This document shows positions 50,346 to 62,290 of a stretch of 64,000 nucleotides of DNA, in pieces. Made by a program: the position numbers and the translations under genes. A model generated the notes under the pieces. That model ran no database searches and was not told where the DNA came from. It saw nothing but the letters and a program-made list of their open reading frames with translations. Numbering within the stretch: the stretch's first letter is position 1; each line of letters starts with the position of its first letter. The stretch comes from Lama glama (lineage: Eukaryota): the NCBI GenBank assembly GCA_028534125.1, contig CM052817.1, positions 66,900,001-66,964,000 on the forward strand. The letters run 5' to 3'.

Positions 50346-52041
50346 AAATTACTTCCACAACCTATATTTTGCTGAGGATGGAAATAGATGACTTGGGAAG
50401 ATTGGATTTTTATTGTTGTCGTTCAGGGATTAGTTATGTCTTCAAGCACATTTATGGTTACTACTAGAGTCTTATCCTGCTGGAAGACAAAATCTGAGAG
50501 TAAGAAAATACTTCCATTTTTAAAGTACTTTCATTTCTGAAAGCTTAAATTTAAAATTTTTAATACAAAGCATATATAGATTTTTACTGCATAAAATTTA
50601 CCCAGACTAAACTAAACATAAAATCGGTTTGTTTAGTGTAAGTCCAGTTTTTTGATCCTTTGGTTTATGATATCTTGTGGTCTGTGAGCTGATGTTTTAC
50701 CTCACAGGTGTTAGTACCTTTGACTGACCTAACTGACTTTTGTCAATCTAACCTCAGCATGAAGGTAATATTTATTTATATCTTTCCACCATTAAGTTGA
50801 AGGAATCTGGACACAGAACATAGAATGAAGTGAGTTACATGGAGGCAGGCGATAACTGTATCAAATATATAGTCATCACTGCAGTAATGCAGTTAGCCCT
50901 GAGAAAATTTCTCATAGATTAAGCCAAGATGCCAAAGAGAATGGTATCATATGATTATATATTCTGATTCCTTTTTCAACTGTAAACATTTCTGCATACC
51001 ACAATATTCTGACCATCGACCACAGAGGCTGCTTTATATCAGGTAGTTGCTTTATTTGTCCCACAAACTAATTTACAGTTGTCACTGAGCATTAAATAAT
51101 GTCGTGTTAGAGACTTTGAGGGACTTCTGTGTTTTTCTCTACTTCATATAAATGTTTACAAGTTTTCTCTGTATGTTTTGACTGTTTTTATTCCTAGTAG
51201 ACTTACTTGTTAATGTATAACATGGTTTTGAGAAAAATTTGAGAAATGATTATTACATACACAAATAAGAAAACTGCTGTTAGTGGCATGCTTCGATTAT
51301 AAATAACATCAATTCAAGGACTTAATAGACACTTCAAGAAATTCTTATAATGAAAATTACATATAAAAACATTCAGAGGCAAAGTTTCAAAATAATAATA
51401 TCAATATACTACCTTTTCATAATAAAAACCAGGGTGCAAAATTATATATTCTTGATAAAGTGATAAATTGATTTATATTTACTTCATTTCAAAGGTTCTA
51501 CATATATGAGATTTTTTAAAAATCCATAAACTGAAAGATATTGTTAATTTAAATACCCACCAGAGGTATGATAAATGAAGATACTGATTGTCAACAGTTG
51601 TGAAGTTTCAGCAAGAACATGTGTCTAAATAGCCAATTTTAAATTGGCTTCTCTTTTCCCCTTTTCCCTAGAACTCATAACAGGGCTATTATTTGGACTC
51701 TAAGTTCAAGGTAAGGGATGAGACAGAAATGATTGCATACCTTGGTATGCACGTGAGAATTGTCTTTCTTTTAAAGTAGGAAGCTTTATTTCAGCTCTGA
51801 TTGGGAAGTTAGAACAGACAACTCTTTCCCATCAGTCTTCCCCAGTCTCTTCTCTTCCTATGCATCTTTATTGTATTTCCTTAATGCTCTCTATAAACTA
51901 TCATTTTCTCCCCACTTACATTATTTTTTTTGCCTTTTTCTCTTCTCTGTTTATTCATTCCACTTGTCCTCATCATTGTACATCTTTATCTTTTAAAATA
52001 ATCCATTATAATAAAACAACTCAAGTATCATTTTATATATA

Positions 52042-52101
52042 ATACTATAAAATATAAAGATACTATAAAAATACTATAAAAATATAAAATACTATAAAAA
52101 A
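52042..52101. repeat. AT-rich degenerate tandem repeat (ATACTATAAAA / ATATAAA units)
   Basis: Four copies of ATACTATAAAA interspersed with TATAAA. Confidence 0.8.
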
Positions 52102-53270
52102 TAATTATTCTTTAGTATTAAATATGGAGTAAATAACATGAACACAAAGGATTACTATGAATCATTAGAGATAGCTGGTGAAAAAAAAGGAGCATAGGGC
52201 ACTGAAAGGATTTTGAATTGTAAATTGACTTGGCCCTTTGGCATAACACAATATTAGTCTATTGATAATAGTGAATAAGCAAAATAATAATTTAGTATAA
52301 TAATTATAATAAGTCATAATTTAAAGAACTTAAGAATTTAATGAACTCCAGCTAATGCTTTGTTAGGTGCTGCTAAATTAGAAATTTTTTTATTATCTCC
52401 AATAAATATAAAGTTATTGGCATAATTACTCTTTTCTTACAGACATTGAATATAATTTAAATAACCACAATGTTCTGACTGTTAGTTCTCCAAGTCTTTT
52501 TGATTTGTCTTTTTCATTGTCAAAAGAGACAGCAAGTTTTTATTATTCCCAGAAGAGTAAATATTTCCAAAGGTAATGATGAGGAAATAATTTTTGTTCA
52601 ATTGTATCAATTCAGTATGAGTCTTACAATGCATTCATTTGTTGAAGTATTGCATCCATTCAGCTGGTATTCATTAAATGTCTCCTGTGTGGTGTGGTAG
52701 ATACAGTTCAAAACATAGTAATATCTACCTCTTAAAACAAGAAAGATAAACAGTCACATTGGGAGGATTATCACATTAGACAGGTGTAAGGTTGAGTGGG
52801 GGAATAGTCTATGACTGCTACAGAGAAGGTAAATACATTTCATGATACCAGAATTCTGGGCAAAGATTTTAGGGAATTTTTCTCCTAAAAGTTTTAAACA
52901 AAAAAGCAGGATATTTTAAACTTTAGATTATGTAAGTGCTACAAAGCAGTGTTAGAATTACAAATAAAACATGAATTGACATTGCCATGTACTTAGCATA
53001 ACATTAAAATGCGCAAACACAGAAATTGTTTCTAAAAGATACTTCATAAGATTCATAAACGATTTTCCATTGATTTTATAATCATTTTGTTTTTATCACA
53101 AAGGCTCTTTTCTATAAGAAAAGTTTCCATTTGTATTTCACTTTTAAGAGTTTAACTTTGATTTAATATCATAAATTCATAAATTATGCTTTATAATATA
53201 TTCTATAATTAGGGAGGGAGGGTTGTGTGGAGGAAGATAGGTACATAGCTTTAGTTACCAATTTGTTTTT

Positions 53271-53894
53271 GTTTATTTTATTTTTTATTAAAGTATAGTC
53301 AGTTTACAATGTTGTGTCAATTTCTGGTGTACAGTATAATATTCAGTCATGCATATATTCGTTTTCATATTCTTTTTCATTATGGGTTACTACAAGGTAT
53401 TGAATATAGTTCCCTGTGCTGTACAGTATAAATTTGTTGATCTATTTTATACATAGTAGTTCATATCTGCAAATCTCAAACTCCCAATTTATCCCTTCCC
53501 AACCCCTTGCCCTTTGGTAACCATGTTTGTTCTCTATGCCTGTGAGTCTGCTTTTGTTTTGTAAGTAATTTCATTTGCCTTTTTTTTTGTTTAGATTCCA
53601 CGTATGAGTGATATCATATGGTATTTTTCTTTCCCTTACTTCACTTAGAATGACAATCTCTAGGTCCATCTATGTTGCTGCAAATGGCATTATTTTATTC
53701 TTTGTATGGCTAAGTAGTATTGCATGGTATAAGTATACCACAACTTCTTTATCCAGTCATCTGTTGATGGACATTTAGCTTGTTTCCATGTTTTGGCTAT
53801 TGTAAGTAGTGCTTCTATGAACATTGGGGTGCATGTATCTTTTCGAATTTAAGTTCCCTCTGGATATATGCTCAGGAGTGGGATTTCTGCATCT
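53271..53894 (-). mobile_element. 5'-truncated lineage-specific L1 3' end
   Basis: Same 3' UTR family as 27850-29080; TSD AATTTGTTTTT at 53260-53270 and 53895-53905, followed by AA. Confidence 0.92.
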
Positions 53895-53994
53895 AATTTG
53901 TTTTTAAAGCACCATTACTTTAACGATTGCTTCATGGTTACTAATGTTCCTTGATATTTGTGAACAAAAAAATGGTTTTATGATAATGGAAGTC

Positions 53995-54420
53995 ACTGAT
54001 AGTTGCTTATCCAATACCCAGTATTCCTACATTCTTTATTCATGGAAGCCCAATTTTAATTGCAACAGCAATATGATCAGACAAAAGTCATATTTCAACC
54101 TCTTTTAAGCTAGGATAAGTTGTCAGTTCTGGTCAATGCAAACTCAGTGGAATCTTGCTAGTGACCTCTGAAAAAGTGTGGCATTTCCTTCTTCTTTTTC
54201 CAAAATTCAAATGAGAGGGTGAAACTGTCCACCATCTTGGTAATATGAGGTGATTATGAGAGTAGTAGAGCAGAAGTTAGAACAAGTGGAAGACTTTGAT
54301 GCTTTATAGATCTACTAAGTCCACCATAGGTGGAATTTCATGTTTGTGAAAAATATTAGCTAAAGGCACTGTAGTTGAGTCTTTTTTAAATGCAGCTGAA
54401 CTCATGCAACGACCAAATAA
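53995..54420 (+). mobile_element. Old MLT1 (MLT1J-like) LTR
   Basis: cagttctggtcaatg; ccatcttg.taatatgagg; agtagagcagaag; tgcagctgaa..cat; highly diverged. Confidence 0.45.
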
Positions 54421-54887
54421 AGAGTTTTTTTACTATAAAGTCTGCATGTTAAGTTCTAGTAGTTCTTAGAAAGATTTTTGGCCAAAGAATCCTTTAATTC
54501 ACAGAATAATTATCAATATAGCAGTAGACAGTAGTGAAACCAATTTGCAATATTATGACATTATCATGATTTTAAAAAATTTAAATTTCTGTTTTCTTTC
54601 TACCATACTATATTGCCTCCAGGAAAATCATTGTATAATAATACACAGTACTTTCATTACTGCTGTACTATGCTGTGCTTAAAATATTAAGGTTAGCTAA
54701 ATAAAACAATCTGAATTCAAATAGGATAGGTTAGAAAATAAGCTACTGAGAGTGTACAGTTTTAGTATAGATCTGAAGAAAGAACTTTATCGCTATTAAC
54801 TCAAGGAAGAATCAACAAAGGGGATTTTGCTTTACCAATAAGAAATGGTGGTTGAGTAATTATATATTAACATATATATATTAACTG

Positions 54888-54891
54888 TGTG

Positions 54892-54928
<37 letters not shown>
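54888..54928. repeat. Compound (TA)/(TG)n microsatellite
   Basis: Direct reading. Confidence 0.9.
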
Positions 54929-54930
<2 letters not shown>

Positions 54931-55039
54931 ACACCCTATGTGTTGTATTTAGAATATGGAGACTAAAATACTTGTTTAAATGCATTCAGATCTATCAGGG
55001 CACAAAGACCCAATAAAAATTACAATTCACCAGGAATAA

Positions 55040-55520
55040 TACTATAATAGAAATTTGCACTGGGGAGTTAAGGAGCAAAGGAGACAGGAAATTACTAACT
55101 CTTGGGGAAGTTCTCCTTAGGAAGGTAAAAGTGGAGCTGAAGTTTGAAAATTACTGGAATTTCCCTGGATAAGTAATGAAAAGAGTTATTCCCAGTGGAA
55201 TAAACATGGTGAGTACAAAACCACAGAGGTGAGAGAGTATTACTGGAGCACAGAGTGTGTGATGGAAAGTAGTTGGATCTGAGATTATGTGAACTAGGGT
55301 CAGATCCATGAAAGGCCTTGTATCTCATTGTAAGAACTTTGACCTGTATACTAAAAAAGGCACTGGAGAACCATTGGCAAGAAACTTAAGAGGTGAGGTG
55401 ATATTATTAAATATATGGTTTTAATAATTTTAGGAAGCTAATAATTGTAATAGAGGAGGCAGAGTGGTAGGGAGTGCTGGAAAGAAGTTAGAAGGAGAAA
55501 GATTAGGTAGGAAATTTTCT
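55040..55520 (-). mobile_element. LINE-2 fragment
   Basis: agggtcagatccatgaaaggccttgtat..cattgtaagaactttgac...ggcactggagaaccattg. Confidence 0.65.
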
Positions 55521-56539
55521 TTAAATTATTTAGCTAACACATACAAATTAAATTATCAGTTAATTTGTATTCTACAAATCCTAATAAACAGTGAGATTAC
55601 AGAGATGTCACAAAAAGAATACGAAAAATAAGATTTTTATGATACCTATAAAATGTTGTAAAACACTTAAAAGAAAGCTCTTGAATTGTTTAAAACTGGT
55701 AAAGAAAGATGGTGTGATATCTGAATTTGTAGTTTCATCAGCTGAAGATTTTGTATGTTTTCCTTCTTCAAGTATCCTTGAAATGAAGAAGGGGGTATTA
55801 AAATATTCACCTTCAGTGTATGATATATCTATAATCCATGATAAGCTTGTGGTGTCTTTGAAGTCTGTGATATGGTAAATGGTGGCTGAATTATGATTAT
55901 TCATTTGATTTTTTTTCCCACCACATTCTAAATGGTTTCAATTCATTTATTATGAGTACTACCTCTCTGCCATTATTTCAATAGTTTAATTGTATGAGAA
56001 GTTATTAAATGAGCAAAGGTGCATCATAAATTCTGTGTACTTTCTCAGGGGCTTCATTCATATCTGAAAATATTAATTAAAAACTAAGGAAATAAGCTGC
56101 ATTAATTTACATAAACATTAAATAATAGACCTAGGTTTTCTATATATTACTAGATAATAATGTGATTTCTCTATGAGTAAATTATCACTTCAGAGGTCAA
56201 GTATAATACTGATTTTTGGAAGTAAAATAGAACACAGCAGAGAAAAATAATTATATAGAATATTCAATTTATTTATATTTATATAGAGTTATGCCAATGC
56301 TTCCTGCAATCAGAAATTAACATCTATTTTGATGAATATAATGCAGCAACCAGGTGGTGCTTTGGGGATAAACTACTTGAAAGATTGAAATCTAGGAGAA
56401 GCATATGTGGACAATATTCTTCAATATAAAAAAATAAAGGATATATTTTCAGTTTTTCTGGTCTCTGCAAGGTCATATGTATTGCATTGTAGCTGAGTGT
56501 TAGCTACTTGGAGAGAACAGTATTATCTTGTTAAAGCAT

Positions 56540-57060
56540 TGGATATATATTACATGGTCTCATTCCTTGAGAAGTTCAGAGTATAATGGACAGAATGAAC
56601 AGCAAATTGACATGAACAGCAAAGATTTTGTTTTGTGAGACGTGTTATGTTTGGGTTATGCAGTTAATGCTTTGGAAACATTAAGGAAGGGAATTTCATT
56701 CAGACTTGGAAAAGGAAATTCGTTCTAAAGAATTTGACATTAGGAAGATGAGTAGTACTAACTTGGGAGTGAGTTCGTGGAAAAGTTATTCAGGGAGAGA
56801 AAATACCTTATTTAAAGTCATAGACCCATGAAATGGGATGGTTTCTCTCTCTTAGAGAGAAGGCTGCACGTGGAGGGTCAAAGCTAGAAAATGTAGGAAT
56901 GAATCAGATCATCATATGTCTTATGTGCTACAGGGTATAATTGAAGGCTTTTAGAAACACAACATAATGATAAAGCTTTTGTCGCTGAGTAGAGAATAAC
57001 TGGAGAAGAATGAGCCTGAAGACAGGGCCTTCTGTGCTTAACTAGACTAATGCAGTGACT
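56540..57060 (-). mobile_element. LINE-2 fragment
   Basis: gtctcattccttgagaagttcagagtataatgg; taggaagatgagtag; cagatcat. Confidence 0.5.
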
Positions 57061-57094
57061 CACATGGGAAGCCTTAGACAACAAAATTGAAGCT

Positions 57095-57230
57095 CTTAGC
57101 TCTTAATTTTGGGGGGTCCTGAACTCCTTTGAGAATCTGATGAATGCACTACACTCTGGCATTACATATTCACATATATTTGCAGTAAGATGGAAAATAT
57201 TATTCAACACACTTCAGAGGTTGCTCTTAA
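57095..57230. mobile_element. MER103-like hAT-Charlie fragment
   Basis: cttaattttggggggtcctgaactcctttgagaatctgatgaa. Confidence 0.55.
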
Positions 57231-57399
57231 GAGGAAAAATAAAGTTAGTAGTGGAGACTACACAGCACATCTTTGAAGATTTTAGGCTTCTTAGGCATGT
57301 GTATAATGGCAGTGTGTGGGAAGCTTATTGGTACTAAACAGTATATGAATGGCATGACAAAAAGGGACTATGTAGAGAATGAAATTATTTCTATCGAAA

Positions 57400-58030
57400 T
57401 ACATTTAACAACTGAATTCAATAAAGGAAATGTCAGAGGATTTGAAATTACTAAACTTTATCTTAGAAAACAAAATAAATAAATGGATCAATTACCAATG
57501 ACTTTAGGAAAATTTTAAAGGCAAAGAGATTTCTCAAATAAATATCCATCCTTTTCTCCTCCCAAAATAAGCATACACAAAAAGCTTCACAGGGGAATTC
57601 TATAAAAAATTGATAACTAAAATATGAATGAAATACCTATAGAGCATAAAGAAGAAATCTCCCACATTGTTTTCATATAGGAAGCATAATATTCATACAA
57701 AAAACTGACAAAAAATAGTTCAAAAAAAGAAAATTACAGATCAGTCTCAACATGAATATTGATACAAAATCCTAAAAATATATCTTAGGAACATAATCCG
57801 TAGTAATACAACTTGCACAAGGGGTATTTATTCCAGAAATGAAAAGGCAGTTCCAGAATTAATAATATAAATATACCTAAAGAGAAAAATTATACAATCT
57901 CATGCAATCATGTCTACATATACCAAAAGACATTTGACTGAACATCTATTTTTGATAAATTATTTAAGTAAAGAGATATGTATATATCTCATCCTACATG
58001 CCAACATTATTCTTAATGTAAAAATTTCTA
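57400..58030 (+). mobile_element. Ancient L1 ORF2 remnant
   Basis: cttcacaggggaattcta; aaagaaaattacagatcagtctc..atgaatattgatacaaaatcctaaa; tttattccagaaatg. Confidence 0.7.
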
Positions 58031-58960
58031 GCTTCTTATTTTTTTATTCACCATGATGTAATCACCACTCCTGCTAAGTTGTTGACACAAAAGGAAAATT
58101 TTAAATCTATTGATTCCATGGTGGAGAAGAATAGGGAAACAAAACCAACATCAGTGCTTCTACTGGAAGCAAACAAATTATAATATATTGTAAATATATA
58201 GCTGTTAAGCTTTGTTACAAGGAAGTTCCTAGCATCTTTATTCTGGTATAATTTTCCACTGAAAATTTGTTTTGGTTGTTTCATTTTAAAAATTTGTTAA
58301 CATTACAAGTTACAGACATGTTTTCTCACATTTTCATATACATGTACATGTATGTTTGTATCCTTCTCTTTGTCCCTTACCTTGTTCTTCTCTCTTCAAA
58401 ATTTAACTAAAATTGAATATTTATTTTGCAACTATTTAACACATTTCAGCTATTATAGATTATGTTAAGAAGATGTTTGAATATAAATTTTTAGTTTTTT
58501 TCTGTTTTTACCTTAGTTTTAATTATTTTTCACAGAATTGAGTCAGAATTCTGAGTATCTTTAAGGATCTTGATATATATTATTAAATTGCTTTTCAGAA
58601 AATTTACATGAGTTTATGTATCTACCAGTCATATATGAAAATGTCTGCTTCACTTCATCCTCAATTATAGAATTCATTAAATGTAAGTGCCTATTCTGTC
58701 TCCAGTACCTCATGAGACTCCTAAAAGTTTACACAAAGTATCAAATACTTTTATCAGCTCTATGCAAATGTGCCAGGGACATAGTAGGAAGCAGTACAAA
58801 TTTATGTAAACTGAATATCGACAATCTTATTCTTTCATACCTAATAAAGTTAGAGGTAGTGTCAGTGTGATTGGGTAAATCAAACTTATAATGCTTCTGA
58901 TTTATAATGAATTAACTTGGTGTTTAATGTTTAAAATGATTCATTTAAGAATTAATGTTT

Positions 58961-61577
58961 AGGAGAGATCAAGATGGCAGAGTAGGATGACACTGGACTT
59001 ACCTCCCTTCACTAAAACATCAAAACTACCACAAAATATAGAAATACTCTCACTAAAATTGACTTAGGGACTAGCAGAACAGCTCTTCTACAACCAAGGC
59101 TGTAACAAAATGTCCGCACAGACTCTGCTAAGAAGAGAGAAGTGATCTGATCAGGACCCTCACCCCTAGTTGGGGACATAGAACAGGAAGGGGATATCAG
59201 AGGCTAGAGGGTCCTCTCTGGGGAGCAGGGGGTTCAAATCACATATTAGGCATCCCAGCCCTGGGGTCTGACACTGGGAAGATGAGCTCCCTTAGCTGAT
59301 TTGAAAACCAGTGGGGCTTACTATAGGGCTGTAGGAAACCAAGGCTCTGCTCTTGAAGACTGCACATACAGACTTGTTTATTCCCAGTCACAGAGTAGAG
59401 GCAGCAGATTGAAAACTACCTGGGACTCTGGCCATCTTGCCAGGACTGCCCCAGTGTACACTGGGCTCCTGCTTGAACCCCTCTTGCTGTCATGCTGCTC
59501 CCCACTAAGGGGAAAGCTACCATTGTCAATAAGAGTGTGCACACTTGGAGGAAGTGGAGCCAGCCTGGACCCCTGCCTTACCTCTGACCAGGGTGGGGGC
59601 AGCCATTGCCAGCTTACGTGTCCCTGCACACACTCTAGAGGGAGTGAAGCTAGCTCCATGGCAGAGACTGCCATCACCAGAGCAGGCATAACTTTTCACA
59701 CTTGGGAGAGGGTGGGGCCAGCTCCATCGTGTGGCACCAACCCCTCTGGCCTGATCCAGCCTCTAACTAAGACATGCACAACAGGGAAAAGTGAAACAAG
59801 CACAGAAATGAATCCCCAAGCCCTCAGGCTCTCACTATGCCCCAAACTCGTCATACCCCAAGGCAAAGATAGCCTTCACACCTGGGAGAAACTCAAACTA
59901 CCTCAGGACTCCCTGCTCCCTGACCTGTCTGACAATAGGATAGTGATGGCCATTGAGCATAGGAGAAACCCCAGCTTGTGCCTGGCTCTGGCCTTAACCC
60001 CTCAAACTTCAACCCTACCTCCCGCCATGAAGGTGGCTTCCAGCACACCCTGGGAGAAGATGTAGCCCATCCTCATGTTATGTCTAGCTCTTCCACCAAA
60101 GCCGCTGGGCACACACAGACTGCGTAGGAACACTCCCACACAAGAACATACCTTCAAAACTGAGTTAGGTAACTGTTTCACCTAATTTCATAAAGATAAA
60201 TTTAAACAAAATGAGAGGACAGATGAATATATTGCAAAAGAACAAAAGAACAAGGTAAAAACTGAAAAACCCTAAAGAAACAGATATGAATAATTTACCT
60301 GAAAAATAATTCAAAGCAATACTAATAAGAATGCCAACTGAACTGTGGAAAAAAATAGATGAACACAGTGAGAAATTTTACAACCCCCCCAAACCTAGAA
60401 AATATAGAAAAGAACCAGTCAGAGCTGAAGAATACAATAACTGAAAAGAAAACACACTAGAGGAAATTAATAGCAGATTTGGTGATACAGAAGAATGCAT
60501 AAGTGATCTGGAAGGGAGAATAATGGAAATTCCCCCTACAAGAATGGGGAGAAGAAAAACCCATTTTAAAAAATGAGGCTAGTTTAAGGGATCTCTGAGA
60601 CAACACCGTGTCCTAACATTTGCATTATAGGGGCCCCAGAAGGAAAAGAGAGAGAAAGGGATAGAAAATGTATTTGATGTAATTAGAGCTGAAAGCTTCC
60701 AAAACCTGAAGAAGGAAACAGTTATCCAGGTACAGGAGGCAAAGAGAATTTCAACCAAGATGAACACAGAGACCTACACCAATATATATCATAACTAACA
60801 TGGCAGAAGTTTAAGAGAGAATTGTAAAGGCAGCAAGAGAGAAACAGAGTCACATGCAAGGGAACTCCCATAAAAATATCAGCTGATTTTTCAGCAGAAA
60901 TTTTACAGATCAGAAGAGAGTGGAATGATACACTTCAAGTGCTAAGAGGGAAAAATGTATAAACTAGGATACTCCACCCAGCAAAGTTATCATTCAGAAT
61001 TGAAAGAAAGACAAAGAGCTTCACAGACAAACACAAACTAGGAGTTCATCAATATTCAACCAACCTTACAAAAGTGTTAAAGGGTCTTCTTTAAATGGAG
61101 AGGAAAAGGCTACAATAGAAATAAGAAATTATAAGAAGGGAAAAATCCCATTGGTAAAGGCAACTATATGGTAAAGGCTGTGGGTCAACCACTTAATCTA
61201 GCATGAAGGTTAAAAGACAAAAATTATAAAATCAATTATAACTACAATAAACAGTTAAGGGATGGACATGAAAACATAAATTATGGCATAAAAACAAACA
61301 CAAGAAAGCAGGAAAACAATCCTATTTAAAATCACATTAAAAAGAATAAAATACCTAGGAATAAACTTAATCAAGGAGGTGAAAAATATTTACTGTGAAA
61401 ACCCTGAAGATGTAGATGAAGGAAATTGAAGATGATGAAAAGAAACGGAAAGCTATCACATATTCATGCATTGGAAGGATTAATGTTGTTGAAATGTCCA
61501 TACTACAACTCAAAGCAATCTACTGAATTAATGCAATCTCTATCAAAATACTCATGACATTTTTCACAGAACTAGGA
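58961..61577 (+). mobile_element. L1 with an intact-looking 5' end: 5' UTR, disrupted ORF1 (about 60210-61090), spacer, then a short distal ORF2 piece; no 3' end
   Basis: Starts GGAGAGATCAAGATGGC (YY1-type motif typical of L1 5' ends); GC-richer UTR; ORF1 motifs (gaagaatgcataagtgatctggaag, tcagctgatttttcagcagaa); ORF2 motif aaaatacctaggaataaacttaa at about 61350. Confidence 0.88.
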
Positions 61578-61678
61578 GATTTTCATAGATTATGAATATT
61601 AATTTAGGCTGCAAATATTTTCCAATGTGCTCATTTGTTCATTAACTTTGTGCTGTCTTTGTTATAGTGAAGGTTTTT

Positions 61679-61804
61679 TTTTTATTGAGTTATAGTCAGT
61701 TTACAATGTTGTATCAATTTCCAGTGTAGAGTGCAATTTTTCAGTCATACATGAACATATATATATTCATTGTCACATTCTTTTTCACTGTGAGCTACCA
61801 CAAG
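61679..61804 (-). mobile_element. About 126-bp young L1 3' terminus
   Basis: Homologous to 20510-20635; perfect TSD TATAGTGAAGGTTTTT at 61663-61678 and 61805-61820, at a TTTT/AA site. Confidence 0.92.
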
Positions 61805-62135
61805 TATAGTGAAGGTTTTTAATGTTTTAGCAGTCAAATTTGACAATTTTTCTTTTGATGATGTTGAATTTTGTCCTAGGAAGAAATTCTCTGTCTTAAG
61901 GTAGTTTTCTTGAATGCTTTTATAGTTTATGTGTGTGTGTGTGTGTGTGTTTAATGTACATTTGTAGTTTGTCTAAAATGTGATAAATGCCTTGAGATAG
62001 AAATCTAATGTTGTTTTTCCAAGTGGACAGCCACCTGTCCCACAACTGTTTGTAACATAGTGTCAACTTTCACATACAAAAAATAAATGTTCCATTTCTC
62101 TTACATTAAATTCTCACATTAACAGAAAGCAGTGT

Positions 62136-62290
62136 CAGAGAAGGGTATAGCTCAAGTGGTACAGTGCATGCTTAGCGTTTACAAGGTCCTGGGTTCAATC
62201 CCTAGTACCTCCTCTAAAAATAAATAAATAAATAAATAAATAGACAAATAAATAGGACTAATTACCTCCCCACCAAAGCAAACAAAAAAC
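62136..62290 (+). mobile_element. tRNA-derived SINE, camelid Vic-1-like
   Basis: A box TAGCTCAAGTGG (62148-62159), B box GGTTCAATCC (62192-62201), (TAAA)n, CTAATTACCTCCCC, A-rich tail; degenerate TSD CAGAAAGCAGTGT / CAGAAATCTGTGT. Confidence 0.85.

Noticed and set aside
52042..52101. Repeat-spacer-like array (CRISPR-like)
   Set aside because: Low-complexity AT slippage repeat without unique spacers, in mammalian DNA.
59301..60065. 254-aa ORF, the longest in the window
   Set aside because: Lies in the GC-richer L1 5' UTR, has a TTG start and no recognisable protein similarity.
62025..62040. GGACAG-ccac-CTGTCC palindrome
   Set aside because: 6-bp arms are expected by chance, and it lies within old L1-like sequence.
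62140..62212. Possible tRNA gene
   Set aside because: A and B boxes are present, but it continues into a SINE body and tail with a TSD and has no clean cloverleaf or oligo-T terminator.
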